From a virus (taxonomy: Duplodnaviria; Heunggongvirae; Uroviricota; Caudoviricetes), in the IMG/VR virus record IMGVR_UViG_3300026549_001031: 64,000 nt of DNA. One strand, written 5' to 3'. The notes beneath the pieces are model-generated. The model was not told the origin of the DNA and did no database searches. It was given only the letters and a program-made list of their open reading frames with translations. This document shows positions 1 to 9,923 of the stretch, piece by piece; within the stretch, counting starts at the first letter, position 1, and every line of letters begins with the position of its first letter. Made by a program: the position numbers and the translations under genes.

Positions 1-1
1 C

Positions 2-214
2 ATGTATATTTTACAGAATGGACAGTTTAGTACATTTGTACTTGGTAGTGTTGGAGGTAAAGCAATCAATGCAAATGTACTGGCATCTGAAAAGGAAGTC
101 AAGAAATTAGTGGAGCAGTCTGCAAGAAATAATGAATCATTACAGACAACTTTACGTCTTAACAGAGTAGACTATGTACCTGTAAATGAAAGAGAGGTTG
201 CAGTATGTTTATAA
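2..214 (+). CDS. hypothetical protein (possibly 5' truncated)
   Basis: ORF at window edge, overlaps next gene in operon fashion. Confidence 0.5.
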   Translation: MYILQNGQFSTFVLGSVGGKAINANVLASEKEVKKLVEQSARNNESLQTTLRLNRVDYVPVNEREVAVCL

Positions 215-531
215 ATATGGGTGATGGAACTTCATATGACTCTGATGAAATGTCTGACTTTGCATATCATTATGCGAGAAGTGCCCTGGATATTGATAGA
301 ATAGACCTGGCAAGAAGGATTACACGTTTATACTTTGATGGTGCAGATGATGAGTACATTGCAGAAGCAATGAGGAGCAATGGAGATTTTCATGTACTCA
401 TTAACGAATATGAGTTTAGACATGCACTTGAAGAGGCTCATAATAAGAGACTAAGAAAAGAGATCAGTAGTGGACTAGGCAAGGTGATCAGAGATAAAGT
501 TAGTGACATTCTTAAAAAAAGAGATGTCTAA
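205..531 (+). CDS. hypothetical protein
   Basis: 108-aa ORF with GAGG RBS, overlapping neighbours. Confidence 0.6.
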   Translation: MFINMGDGTSYDSDEMSDFAYHYARSALDIDRIDLARRITRLYFDGADDEYIAEAMRSNGDFHVLINEYEFRHALEEAHNKRLRKEISSGLGKVIRDKVSDILKKRDV

Positions 532-823
532 CAAAAGGTTTGAAGTACGTACTTTTGGTGCTATTGGAATTTGCATTAAAGTTTATGAGAGCGGACATGA
601 AATATGTGCAATGTCAGTCTATAATCTGCTTGGAACATGCAATAAATTAGAGTATGGCTTTGAAGCTTTTGGTAAGATTCAGGATAGAGATAATATCATT
701 AAGATTGATCCTAAGAAAAATGCAAATGAGCAAAGAGAAAACATTGTTAAACACCTTGCAAGTGAGTTTGGGCAGTTTGTGCAAGCAGTAGAGGAAGTTA
801 GAGAAGAAATGGCAGTGGATTAA
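524..823 (+). CDS. hypothetical protein
   Basis: ATG at 524 overlapping the upstream stop; operon continues into smpB. Confidence 0.6.
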   Translation: MSNKRFEVRTFGAIGICIKVYESGHEICAMSVYNLLGTCNKLEYGFEAFGKIQDRDNIIKIDPKKNANEQRENIVKHLASEFGQFVQAVEEVREEMAVD

Positions 824-832
824 GGAGATAAC

Positions 833-1285
833 ATGGGACAGAAAAAGCTTAACGTTCAGAATAAGAAAGCATATCATGACTATTTTGTAGAGGACAAATT
901 AGAGTGTGGTATTGCACTTAAGGGAAATGAGGTAAAGAGCATAGTAAGTGGTAAGGCATCCATTAAAGAGGCATGGGTAGACATTGTGAATGGTGAACTT
1001 GTGTTGAAACAGATGCATGTCACACCTTGGGATACATCAAATGGTTTCGATGTGGACGAGTTGAGAGCAAGAAAGCTGCTTGCTCATAAGAAAGAGATCA
1101 GAGAATTTGATCAGAAAGTACAGAGAGATGGATACACACTCATTCCTTTAAGTGTGTACAGCAGTCATGGAAAGATCAAAGTCAGTGTTGGTTTGTGTAA
1201 GGGCAAGCACGATTATGACAAGAGAAATTCTCTGAAAGATAAGCAGGTCAAAAGAGACATTGCAAGAGAATTGAAAAACAGATAG
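833..1285 (+). CDS. smpB: SsrA-binding protein SmpB
   Basis: NKKAYHDYFVEDKLECGIALKGNEVKS, RKLLAHKKEI, GKHDYDKR motifs; AGGAG RBS. Confidence 0.97.
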   Translation: MGQKKLNVQNKKAYHDYFVEDKLECGIALKGNEVKSIVSGKASIKEAWVDIVNGELVLKQMHVTPWDTSNGFDVDELRARKLLAHKKEIREFDQKVQRDGYTLIPLSVYSSHGKIKVSVGLCKGKHDYDKRNSLKDKQVKRDIARELKNR

Positions 1286-1416
1286 AAAGAAGGTGGATAC
1301 ATTGAATATTGTAGATGGACAAGTACTTATTTAGAAGTACTTGTTTATTTGCGCTGGTCTTTATAATCGACTTTATAATTATAAGAAATAAAATTTATTT
1401 TTTATATTAGGAGGTT

Positions 1417-1620
1417 GTGAGGACAGTGAGTAAAATTAGAGTTGACATTGAAGACTTAGTTGGTCACCTTAATGAGATGTTAGAGGATGATTATATAACT
1501 GCTGAATTACATATTGAGGAGGATATGTACAGTAGTGAACTAAGAGTTTGTGCAGTGGGTATTGATGACGAGGCACCTGTAGACTACGGTACATTGTCTG
1601 AAGTAAGTGATGAGCTTTAA
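1417..1620 (+). CDS. small acidic hypothetical protein
   Basis: AGGAGG RBS before GTG start, 67 aa. Confidence 0.6.
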   Translation: MRTVSKIRVDIEDLVGHLNEMLEDDYITAELHIEEDMYSSELRVCAVGIDDEAPVDYGTLSEVSDEL

Positions 1621-1819
1621 TCTAATATTTACTCTTAATCTGATAAATGAAAGATAAAGTGCATATTTTAAATAGTGCATATCACAAAAGATTAAGGGAA
1701 TTTAAAGAAATTTGATGTACATTCAAAATTAAAAGCTTAGCATGTGCGAGTGCATGTGGTGATAGGCATATGATTTTGAAAAGTAAAAATTTTTAGTAGA
1801 GGATTGGAGCATTTGAGTA

Positions 1820-2653
1820 ATGAAAGAACTTCAGAAATTGACTGATATGCTCGGGCTAGAAATAATAGTACACTCTGTTGTGTACATATGTATTGCATTT
1901 GTACTTGTCAAACTTGTCAATAAGGCATTTGATAAAGATAAGGTTGCAAATATGATACATATGAAATTCATTAAAAATGCACTTGTGACAATTATATGGG
2001 TCATTGCAGGTTGTACAGTAGCAGGGCAATTTAGCGGAGTCAGTAAGTTAGCAAGTACAATACTTGCTGGTTCAGGTATATTAGCAGCTATAATTGGTTT
2101 AGCTGCACAGGAATCCTTTTCAAATATATTCAGTGGGCTGTTTATTTCTATATTCAAACCATTCAATATTGGTGATAGAATCAGTATTGTTGGGGATAGT
2201 ACAGCAGGGTTTGTTGAGGATATAACTCTTAGACATACAATAATTAGGACTTACACTAATGTGAGTGTGATTATACCTAATTCAATTATTGCATCTTCTA
2301 AGATTGAGAATAGTACATATACTAAAGGGTGTTCATACCCGATAGAAGTGGATATTGCATATGAGGATAAAGAAAAGCGTCATAGAGCAATGGAGATCAT
2401 GGAAGAAGTTGTGATCAATCATCCTAAGTTTTATGATATGCGGAGTGATGAGGCTAAGGTACTTGGTGTTAAACCTGCTCAAGCATTATGTACTGAGCTT
2501 GGAGATAGTGGAATACATATGAAAATTCTTATGTGGACAGAGGAGTTTAGTGATAATGCAGAGGCTTGTAGTGAATGTCGTATGAAAATACTTGATAGAC
2601 TTGAGGAAGAAGGAATAGAGATTCCATATAACAAGATTGAACTTATTAAGTAG
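1820..2653 (+). CDS. small-conductance mechanosensitive channel (MscS family)
   Basis: three N-terminal TM helices, IGLAAQESFSNIFSG, KPFNIGDRI, GFVEDITLRHT, IPNS, GIEIPY. Confidence 0.92.
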   Translation: MKELQKLTDMLGLEIIVHSVVYICIAFVLVKLVNKAFDKDKVANMIHMKFIKNALVTIIWVIAGCTVAGQFSGVSKLASTILAGSGILAAIIGLAAQESFSNIFSGLFISIFKPFNIGDRISIVGDSTAGFVEDITLRHTIIRTYTNVSVIIPNSIIASSKIENSTYTKGCSYPIEVDIAYEDKEKRHRAMEIMEEVVINHPKFYDMRSDEAKVLGVKPAQALCTELGDSGIHMKILMWTEEFSDNAEACSECRMKILDRLEEEGIEIPYNKIELIK

Positions 2654-2706
2654 CAGTTAGATATAATAAGGGTATTTATTATTAAATTAAAAAGGATGGT
2701 ATAAAA

Positions 2707-5067
2707 ATGGCGAATAACAATGGAAGACATATTGGTGGACTTAGTTTTATGGGAGCAAGCAAGGGTGCAAACGATGCATTACTTGAGGCAGCTAACCTTT
2801 GCATTGATAATTGCTGTGAAGGGCTTGAGCCAGTTGAATTCTTCATTGCTTTATTAGATAAGACAAAGTTAGGTAAAAAGATCTTGAAAGATTCAGGAAA
2901 GACAAAGGATGATTTCCTGTTTGCATTTGAAGGTTTAGCAGCAGCTGGTGAGTACGGATATATGGACTATGGCAATGATGGCAGTAAGGTAGATCCACAG
3001 AGATTACTGACACCTACAATTATGAGTTTCATTGCTCCATTAGTACTTCAGTCTCAAATGTCTGGTCAAGGCAAGGGTTTTACTTGTGATGATGCAATGG
3101 ATGGTTTCTTTGAGACAGATGAAGAAACAGGTAAGGTTGAGGAAATCGATGAAGGCATCGAAAAACTGCTTGACATGGTTGGTTACAGCTATGAAAAAGT
3201 GGCTGCAATGGTAAATAAGGAGTTCACCATTCCTGCTGAATTAAAACCATATGTTACATATCTGAATACATCAACTAAAGTGACAGATGGCACCTTTACA
3301 AATATGGGTGACATTGTAAAACAGATGATTGAGATCCTTGGAAGAAAGAGAAAGAGTAATCCTTGTTTAGTAGGATACCCTGGAGTTGGTAAGACAACAG
3401 GTGTTTATGCATATACTCAGTATGTTGTAGACAATAAAATTGATCAGCATATCTGTGCTTTGAATATGGGTACCCTTGTAGCAAATACAAAGTACAGGGG
3501 AGAATTTGAAGAGCGCATGCAGAAAATTATCAAGTGGGCTTCAAATAGTAACATTGTACTGTTTATGGACGAGATTCATACATTAACATCATGCAATTCA
3601 GGCAGTAATTCAGCATCTGCATCTGATATGATTAAAGGAGCATTAGCAGATGGGGAGATCAAGGTAATTGGTGCAACTACACCAGTTGAGTTTCATAAGA
3701 GCATTGAGAAAGATACAGCTCTTAAGAGAAGATTTCAGAGGGTAGAGTTTAAGGAGCCTTCAGTAGAGGAGGCAATCACTATTGTTAAGGCAGCAGTACC
3801 TGAATATGCAGGATTTCATCATGTAGGAATTAGCAATGGCATTGCTGAGCAGGTGGTTAAGCTTTCAGTTAAGTATATTAAGTCAGAGTATTTACCTGAT
3901 AAAGCATTGACAATCTTGGATCAGGCAGCTAGTCATGCTAAGCAGGATAAAAGTAAGTATGCAGTAACTGAAGATGATGTGCTTTATGTAATCAGCAAGA
4001 ATACAGGGGTTGCAGTTGAGAAATTAAACAGTGACCAGAGTAAGAGACTGATTAGACTTGAGGGAATTTTGAAAAAGAACATTATTGGTCAGGACACAGC
4101 AGTTGAAGTTGTGAGCAAGGCAGTAAGAAGAGGAAAGGTTGGCATTAGAGAGAATGCTAAACCGATCGCTTCATTTATGTTTGTTGGACCTACAGGAGTA
4201 GGTAAGACAGAGATCTGTAAGGTTTTAAGTAATGAACTTGGTTTAGGACGGAATAGCTTTATCAAGATTGATATGTCAGAGTATTCAACAGAGACATCAG
4301 TGACAAAGTTGATTGGTTCTGATCCTGGTTACGTAGGATATGAAAGTGGTGGCATCTTAACAGAGAAAGTTAAGCAGAATCCTTACAGTATTGTGCTTCT
4401 TGATGAAATTGAGAAAGCGCATCCTAAGGTGTTTAGCATGTTGTTACAGTTGTTAGACGAGGGAAAAATGACAGATAATACAGGTGTAGAGGTTGACTTT
4501 ACAAACTGTATTGTGGTTATGACATCAAATGCTGGTTATGGAGCATCTGGTTGCAAGCCTTTAGGGTTTGGGGCAGCATCTGAAGAAAAAGATCCTGCAA
4601 GAGAAGCAGAGGACAGAGCACGTGAGGCATTAAAACTGACATTTGCTCCTGAGTTCCTTAACAGAATCGACAACATTGTTGTGTTTAACAGCTTAACAAA
4701 AGAGAATTGCAAGAGCATTAGTAAATTGTTACTGGACAAGCTGGCAAAGAGAATGTCAGAGGATAAAAATATGGTTCTGACATTCGATAATTCAGTAGCG
4801 ACAGCAGTAAATGAAGCTGGATACAGTGAGAAATATGGTGCTCGTAATATTAAGAGAGCAATTCAGGACATTGTTGAAGATGGAATTACAGATGCAATTC
4901 TTGATGGTACCTTGTATGATGGATGCATTGCATCAATTAAATACAATAAGACAAGTAAGAAAATCAAGGTTACAGATAATACACCTGAAACAGTAAAAGA
5001 GACTGGAACAGCATCAGGAAATAAAGGTGTAAGCAGTGAAGATATTTTAGTACCTATTCTTCAGTAA
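2707..5067 (+). CDS. ClpA/ClpC-family Clp protease ATP-binding subunit (two AAA+ domains)
   Basis: Walker A GYPGVGKT and GPTGVGKT, KYRGEFEER, FMDEIH, LLDEIEKAHP, PGYVGY pore loop, KPLGF ClpP-docking-like loop, YGARNIKR. Confidence 0.93.
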   Translation: MANNNGRHIGGLSFMGASKGANDALLEAANLCIDNCCEGLEPVEFFIALLDKTKLGKKILKDSGKTKDDFLFAFEGLAAAGEYGYMDYGNDGSKVDPQRLLTPTIMSFIAPLVLQSQMSGQGKGFTCDDAMDGFFETDEETGKVEEIDEGIEKLLDMVGYSYEKVAAMVNKEFTIPAELKPYVTYLNTSTKVTDGTFTNMGDIVKQMIEILGRKRKSNPCLVGYPGVGKTTGVYAYTQYVVDNKIDQHICALNMGTLVANTKYRGEFEERMQKIIKWASNSNIVLFMDEIHTLTSCNSGSNSASASDMIKGALADGEIKVIGATTPVEFHKSIEKDTALKRRFQRVEFKEPSVEEAITIVKAAVPEYAGFHHVGISNGIAEQVVKLSVKYIKSEYLPDKALTILDQAASHAKQDKSKYAVTEDDVLYVISKNTGVAVEKLNSDQSKRLIRLEGILKKNIIGQDTAVEVVSKAVRRGKVGIRENAKPIASFMFVGPTGVGKTEICKVLSNELGLGRNSFIKIDMSEYSTETSVTKLIGSDPGYVGYESGGILTEKVKQNPYSIVLLDEIEKAHPKVFSMLLQLLDEGKMTDNTGVEVDFTNCIVVMTSNAGYGASGCKPLGFGAASEEKDPAREAEDRAREALKLTFAPEFLNRIDNIVVFNSLTKENCKSISKLLLDKLAKRMSEDKNMVLTFDNSVATAVNEAGYSEKYGARNIKRAIQDIVEDGITDAILDGTLYDGCIASIKYNKTSKKIKVTDNTPETVKETGTASGNKGVSSEDILVPILQ

Positions 5068-5109
5068 AACAGACAGGGCAGATATAGAGGATTGGCACTA
5101 GTAAAGAGG

Positions 5110-5146
5110 ATTGGCTATGTAGGTGTAACTGACTTACATAGCCAAT
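5110..5146 (+). terminator. stem-loop, probable terminator
   Basis: attggctatgtaggt / acttacatagccaat inverted repeat after clp gene. Confidence 0.55.
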
Positions 5147-5189
5147 AAAAATTAGTACATAGGAATTAAGAAATGGAGGACATGGTAAA

Positions 5190-5690
5190 TTGGCAAAGAT
5201 TTTAGTTTGTGGCTCATACAAAATTGTTGGGATACCTGCAGAGGTAGAGAGATGGCTTGAGGAATATACAAAGCAAGGTCATGAGTTTATTGTTGGAGGC
5301 AGTAGTGCTTTAGATAATGCATTGCATCGAACATTATCTGGAGTAGGGGCAGCTGATAAGACAACAGTGTATTGTATGGGATATGCAAGGTATAATAAGT
5401 TTAACTTCAAGGTAAGGGAGTTTGATACAGTATATGATGCAGAAAAGAAACAGGCAATAATTACAGAGCATGGTAATTCAGAGACATTACCATATGTAAT
5501 TGATGATGTTAACATTGAGGCTGATGTACAGAACAATAGAGAGTGGTATGAATACTTGAACAATAAGATGATTAACGATTGTGATGCAGCTATCGTCCTG
5601 TATGATGGAGAGAGCAAGACACTTAAAAACATGATGCAGAAGATTAACATTAAGAATAAGCCTTGTTATACTTTTACTTTACAGGTGTAA
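5190..5690 (+). CDS. SLOG/YspA-like Rossmann-fold protein
   Basis: KILVCGS...FIVGG...D...NNKMINDCDAAIVLYDGES pattern typical of SLOG proteins. Confidence 0.55.
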   Translation: MAKILVCGSYKIVGIPAEVERWLEEYTKQGHEFIVGGSSALDNALHRTLSGVGAADKTTVYCMGYARYNKFNFKVREFDTVYDAEKKQAIITEHGNSETLPYVIDDVNIEADVQNNREWYEYLNNKMINDCDAAIVLYDGESKTLKNMMQKINIKNKPCYTFTLQV

Positions 5691-5693
5691 GAA

Positions 5694-6587
5694 ATGAGAA
5701 TTGGCAATGGAGTTGTAGGAGCTGCACAGCTTTATGAGTCTATGCAGTTGCTAAAGACAGAGTTTGACAATATAATATTAGTAAACCCATTGGAACAGAG
5801 CGAGATAGGCGTTACTGAATATGGTTTACAGGATTTGAATAGGTGTTGCACTGAAACATGTCCTTTGGCAAATGATAAAGTTGGTTGCATTTGCAAAAGT
5901 TGTTTATCAGCAAAGGAGAACAGATGTAGATACATTTATGATAAAACTAATGCATATCTTGTAATTGCTAAACCCATTAAAATGAGGTACAAGGAATATG
6001 CACTGGTGATGATTATGAGACTTAATCCTGCATTTCAATTTGGTGGTAATACAGAGAGTGAAGCGATTGAGAGCATCACTAAACTAAGCAGTAGCTTGGT
6101 ACTTGATCCTCTGACAAAGATTTTCAACAGGCAATACCTTATGGAAAATGTACAATACATGCTAGAGTTTTGTCTAAAACAGAATAAACCAATGTGTTTA
6201 GCATGTATTGACATTGATAACTTTAAGAGGTTTAATGATACATATGGGCATGAGTTTGGAGACAAAGTATTAAAGAGTGTTGCAGACAACATGGTTAAAT
6301 GTACAACTAGTTTAGAGGATGCATACAACATCAGAATTGGTGGTGATGAGTTTGTCATTGTTGGTGTGAATGTTGACAAACAAAGGTTTAAGGCAGTCAT
6401 GAACAAATTGTGCATTACAGTTGATAATACTAAACTTCCATATGGTAAAGAGATGGTAAGCATTAAGATAAGTGTAGGAGTCAGTGAGTTATTATCCGAT
6501 AGACTTTCAAGTTATAAAGAGCTTTATAATAAAGCAGATGGGCAGTTGTATAAGGCTAAAGAGGCAGGTAAGGGTTGTGTAAGATAG
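5694..6587 (+). CDS. GGDEF diguanylate cyclase with Cys-rich N-terminal sensor region
   Basis: DPLTKIFNR, DIDNFKRFNDTYGHEFGD, RIGGDEF, ADGQLYKAKEAGK. Confidence 0.93.
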   Translation: MRIGNGVVGAAQLYESMQLLKTEFDNIILVNPLEQSEIGVTEYGLQDLNRCCTETCPLANDKVGCICKSCLSAKENRCRYIYDKTNAYLVIAKPIKMRYKEYALVMIMRLNPAFQFGGNTESEAIESITKLSSSLVLDPLTKIFNRQYLMENVQYMLEFCLKQNKPMCLACIDIDNFKRFNDTYGHEFGDKVLKSVADNMVKCTTSLEDAYNIRIGGDEFVIVGVNVDKQRFKAVMNKLCITVDNTKLPYGKEMVSIKISVGVSELLSDRLSSYKELYNKADGQLYKAKEAGKGCVR

Positions 6588-6588
6588 C

Positions 6589-7194
6589 ATGGGAAATGAA
6601 AAATGCAAGCATAATGTGATATTTATTGACATAGATGGAGTGTTAAATTCACTTGAGTTTCATAACAGAGACAGGTCAAAGAAAAAGCTATTTGACAGGG
6701 AGTGTGTTGAGAGACTTGCAGAAATAGTAAGGGAGTTAAATTGTTTAGTGGTTCTTGCATCAACTTGGATAGTACTTAACACTAAAGAAAAAGTGGAGAG
6801 ATGCACTAGACAAGAAGATGGTGTGAAAAGTTCAAGTGCTATGTACTTTAAGTTATTGAATGAACTTCAGTCTGTAGGAATTGGGCTTTATGATCAGATA
6901 GAGGATGAGCATATAAGACCAATAGGAATCAATGACTGGTTGATAGAAAACATTGAGATTGTAAAGAATTACGTTATAATAGATGATGATTACAGATTCA
7001 ATGATTATGCTAGCATAGGGAATGGCTTAGAGAGTCATTTAGTTTCAACAGAGTATTTTTGTGATGTGCCTGGTGGAATACAGAATGAGCATATGGTTAA
7101 AATAAGGGGCATACTGAATAATTGGGAATTACATTTGGACTTAGAGGCTTGGCAAAAGCGGTTTAAGAGTTTGCAAAGAAAAATAGACAAGTAA
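6589..7194 (+). CDS. HAD-family phosphatase (Swiss-Army-Knife RNA-repair-like HAD)
   Basis: VIFIDIDGVLN, LASTW, YVIIDDD motifs. Confidence 0.75.
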   Translation: MGNEKCKHNVIFIDIDGVLNSLEFHNRDRSKKKLFDRECVERLAEIVRELNCLVVLASTWIVLNTKEKVERCTRQEDGVKSSSAMYFKLLNELQSVGIGLYDQIEDEHIRPIGINDWLIENIEIVKNYVIIDDDYRFNDYASIGNGLESHLVSTEYFCDVPGGIQNEHMVKIRGILNNWELHLDLEAWQKRFKSLQRKIDK

Positions 7195-7258
7195 ACAACA
7201 AGATAGTAAGTAGAGCAGTGTAAAAGTAAAAGTCAAACCATAGGAAGAGGGAAATGGC

Positions 7259-8062
7259 ATGATATATTTAGTTCAGAAAGAAAATAATGAACTTACATTA
7301 GATGAACATATCATAGTAGATTTACTTAAACAGCATAAATATCAGTTTGAGTGGCAACTAAATAGTTTAGCTGGTATTGAGAAAATGAGTCAAGAGCAGT
7401 TGGAGTGTGTAGTACCCATTGGAACAATTCAGTTTGTCACTAAAGTACTGAACATTGGACATGGGTTTATTAAGGAAAATCCTGTTGAAATACCTAAGTA
7501 TTTAAGAACAGACAGATACTTAAAACGTGATTACAAGATAGTTAAGGGGAGTGAACTACCTAGGACAGGATATTACTTTATTAAAAACGCAAGTACACTA
7601 AAGGACTTTAGTTACTTGGGGCAGTTAGACTATTTCTTGTTTGATGAGATGTTTTACAATAAAGGACAAGAAGATGCAGCTAAATGTAATGATTACACAT
7701 TGAAGATATGCAATGATGACTTATTTGTAGTAAGTTCGAACTTCAATCCTCAAGCAGAATACAGGGTATATGTGGTAGATAACAAGATTATTAACATTGG
7801 AAATTATGATGGAAATATTTGTGAATTTCCACCTGACTTTCAGCTAATAAAAGATGCAGTGAGCGAAATAAGAGATCATGAGGAATGGTTAAAGAGTTAT
7901 ACATTGGATATCATGGTCAATATGACTGGTACAGCTATTATTGAGATTCATAACCTTACGAGTTGTGGTTTATATGCAACTGTGTTTGGTTCAGAGTTAC
8001 TTTATGGCTATAAGCAGGGCATTGATTATTTGTTAAATGACAATCATTTATTGGAGGTATAA
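7259..8062 (+). CDS. ATP-grasp domain protein (DUF4343/R2K-like)
   Basis: PIGTIQFV, YLKRDY, YFIK, AEYRVYV, YTLDI, AIIEIHNLTSCGLY. Confidence 0.75.
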   Translation: MIYLVQKENNELTLDEHIIVDLLKQHKYQFEWQLNSLAGIEKMSQEQLECVVPIGTIQFVTKVLNIGHGFIKENPVEIPKYLRTDRYLKRDYKIVKGSELPRTGYYFIKNASTLKDFSYLGQLDYFLFDEMFYNKGQEDAAKCNDYTLKICNDDLFVVSSNFNPQAEYRVYVVDNKIINIGNYDGNICEFPPDFQLIKDAVSEIRDHEEWLKSYTLDIMVNMTGTAIIEIHNLTSCGLYATVFGSELLYGYKQGIDYLLNDNHLLEV

Positions 8063-8066
8063 GGAA

Positions 8067-8876
8067 ATGAGACCTAGTGAGGTATTAAGTAAGGTCATTG
8101 ATAATGATTGGTTACTTGAAGAAATGGATAGGGTACAGGAGTCAGGCAAGCATGAGTTTTCAGTAAGTGAACTTTCAACACTGGTTTGGCAGAGCTTCAA
8201 GAGCATCAAAGAGAAGAAAGAAGCATTAAGAGATTTGGAAAAGACATTGGATAAGTTTGATGTAAGTAGAACAATGATACCTTTATTTAAGGCATTGGAT
8301 GAAGCAGAGGCAGCTATTAAGGGAAATAAAAGTAATGTTTGTTTGCTGTTTGACATTTTAGATAATGGATGTACAGAGGAAGACGATGAAGACAGCATAA
8401 AAACATATGTTAGAGCAGCTAAGGATATTGATACATTTAGGAAAGTGGTAAGTAAGTACACTGAAGTTTCAGGAAGCTTAAGATGTGTAGATTTAACTAC
8501 ATCTGATGTATTGTATGATATTTTTGTTAATGAAGATGGGCAGGTAATTGGCATTTCAAGTGATGAATTGGATGCACTTGAAATTGTAAATACAAGTATT
8601 GACTGGTCAATTATATTCAATGTAGGAGACACAATCAAGTTTGTAGATAATAAAGATGATACATTTGTGGTTTGTGATGCAAGCAATAAGGCAGGAAAGA
8701 ACAGACTCTATGTAATAGATGATGGGTACATAAATAAGCATTTATCAACCGAAGAATTAAATAAACAGATTGAAGCAGCACTATCAGATGGAGAGAACAG
8801 TGAGTGGTCATTATACTCAAGAATATTAGGGGAGAGCATGTTAATAGGAAAAGTTACATCTTTTGTAAAAGAGTAA
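8067..8876 (+). CDS. hypothetical protein
   Basis: 269-aa ORF with RBS, end of operon. Confidence 0.65.
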   Translation: MRPSEVLSKVIDNDWLLEEMDRVQESGKHEFSVSELSTLVWQSFKSIKEKKEALRDLEKTLDKFDVSRTMIPLFKALDEAEAAIKGNKSNVCLLFDILDNGCTEEDDEDSIKTYVRAAKDIDTFRKVVSKYTEVSGSLRCVDLTTSDVLYDIFVNEDGQVIGISSDELDALEIVNTSIDWSIIFNVGDTIKFVDNKDDTFVVCDASNKAGKNRLYVIDDGYINKHLSTEELNKQIEAALSDGENSEWSLYSRILGESMLIGKVTSFVKE

Positions 8877-8973
8877 ACATTAAATTTGACAGAATGGTGT
8901 TTAGATGTTAAAATAGTATTTGTAAGTGAGAGAGATATTAAAGAAAAGTTAAAAAAATAAATGAAATTGTTTA

Positions 8974-9002
8974 TTGACTTTTCTGGAAGGAAATGGTATA
9001 AT
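8974..9002 (+). promoter_or_regulatory. sigma-A promoter for tRNA-Gln / large ncRNA / tmRNA transcript
   Basis: TTGACT-17-TATAAT with extended -10 TG and upstream A-tracts. Confidence 0.8.
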
Positions 9003-9079
9003 AAATAATGTTGAGAGAGATAAGTGATAGACATTAAGAAATGTAAGGAGCATATCTAATCAACATAATGTTAAGGTTT

Positions 9080-9152
9080 TGGGCATTCGCCAAGTGGTAA
9101 GGCACGGGATTTTGATTCCCGCATTACGTTGGTTCGAATCCGACATGCCCAG
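9080..9152 (+). tRNA. tRNA-Gln(UUG)
   Basis: TGGGCAT/ATGCCCA acceptor, cggga-TTTTGAT-tcccg anticodon arm, GGTTCGAATCC T arm; no encoded CCA. Confidence 0.95.
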
Positions 9153-9211
9153 TTCCGGGGAGGGATAAACCGTTAAGACAACCTGCCTGGTATGGAACAA
9201 AGTGTTCCATT

Positions 9212-9900
9212 TAAAATTTATATGTTGCATTTTGGAAGTGATTGAGCAGGATAACGCGAGCTTTTAGCATGAACGTTGTTTGTAGCAAGGCAAATGTACA
9301 TAGTACGTTTAAGAGATCACCGACTGCATTGATTGGCGAGTTGAGGATGCAGGGCTTGACAAGGGTAGTCAAGTCGAATATGAATGGATGCGGCGTAGGA
9401 GGCGGTTGGCAATTCCGAGTTGAGGATATGCTTAGGATGCGCCTCAGCCGGTCCGTGAGATGAACTCGTGTGAACCCGCATGGGCGTGATGTAGTGACCA
9501 AGGGAGATGACATTGTTGCAGGATAACAGTGTTAGCTACATCATGTAATTAAAGCTTGGCGCAGCTATGATGCGATAAGTACATAGAGGGCAACATGAGT
9601 GACTTAGCATTAAGTCATTTAGCATTGTTGATGTGTCGTATGTGGAGAGGTAAGGCGACAAAGTTAATATCCAATACGCGTTAAGGGTATTCGCGACTAC
9701 ATTGATCTTCAACTGAGGCAGAGAGGTTTGTTGGGATTGGTTCACACAATTATGCAGGTGGGCACCATTTCGGATCATTGGTGTCATTGAAGGATAAGCC
9801 GGCATCGCAGAGGCAGGCAGGCAGTAGATGAAAGGTGCGAACTTAAGGTAGTGATCAGGTGAGTCACTAGTGTAGGTTGGAGTAATCATTGTAGATTTAA
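9212..9900 (+). ncRNA. large (~690 nt) structured non-coding RNA, family unassigned
   Basis: GC-richer than flanks, no credible ORF, many local and long-range helices (e.g. 9468-9476/9739-9747, 9485-9495/9535-9545). Confidence 0.75.
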
Positions 9901-9923
9901 TGAAATGTTTGGAGGAAAGTGAA

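Noticed and set aside
9212-9900. Group I/II intron or RNase P identity for the large RNA
   Set aside because: Only loose fragments (attgagcagg, cgactac) and not in a convincing P-Q-R-S order; no domain V or GAGGAAAGUCC-type RNase P core seen. Needs cmscan to exclude formally.
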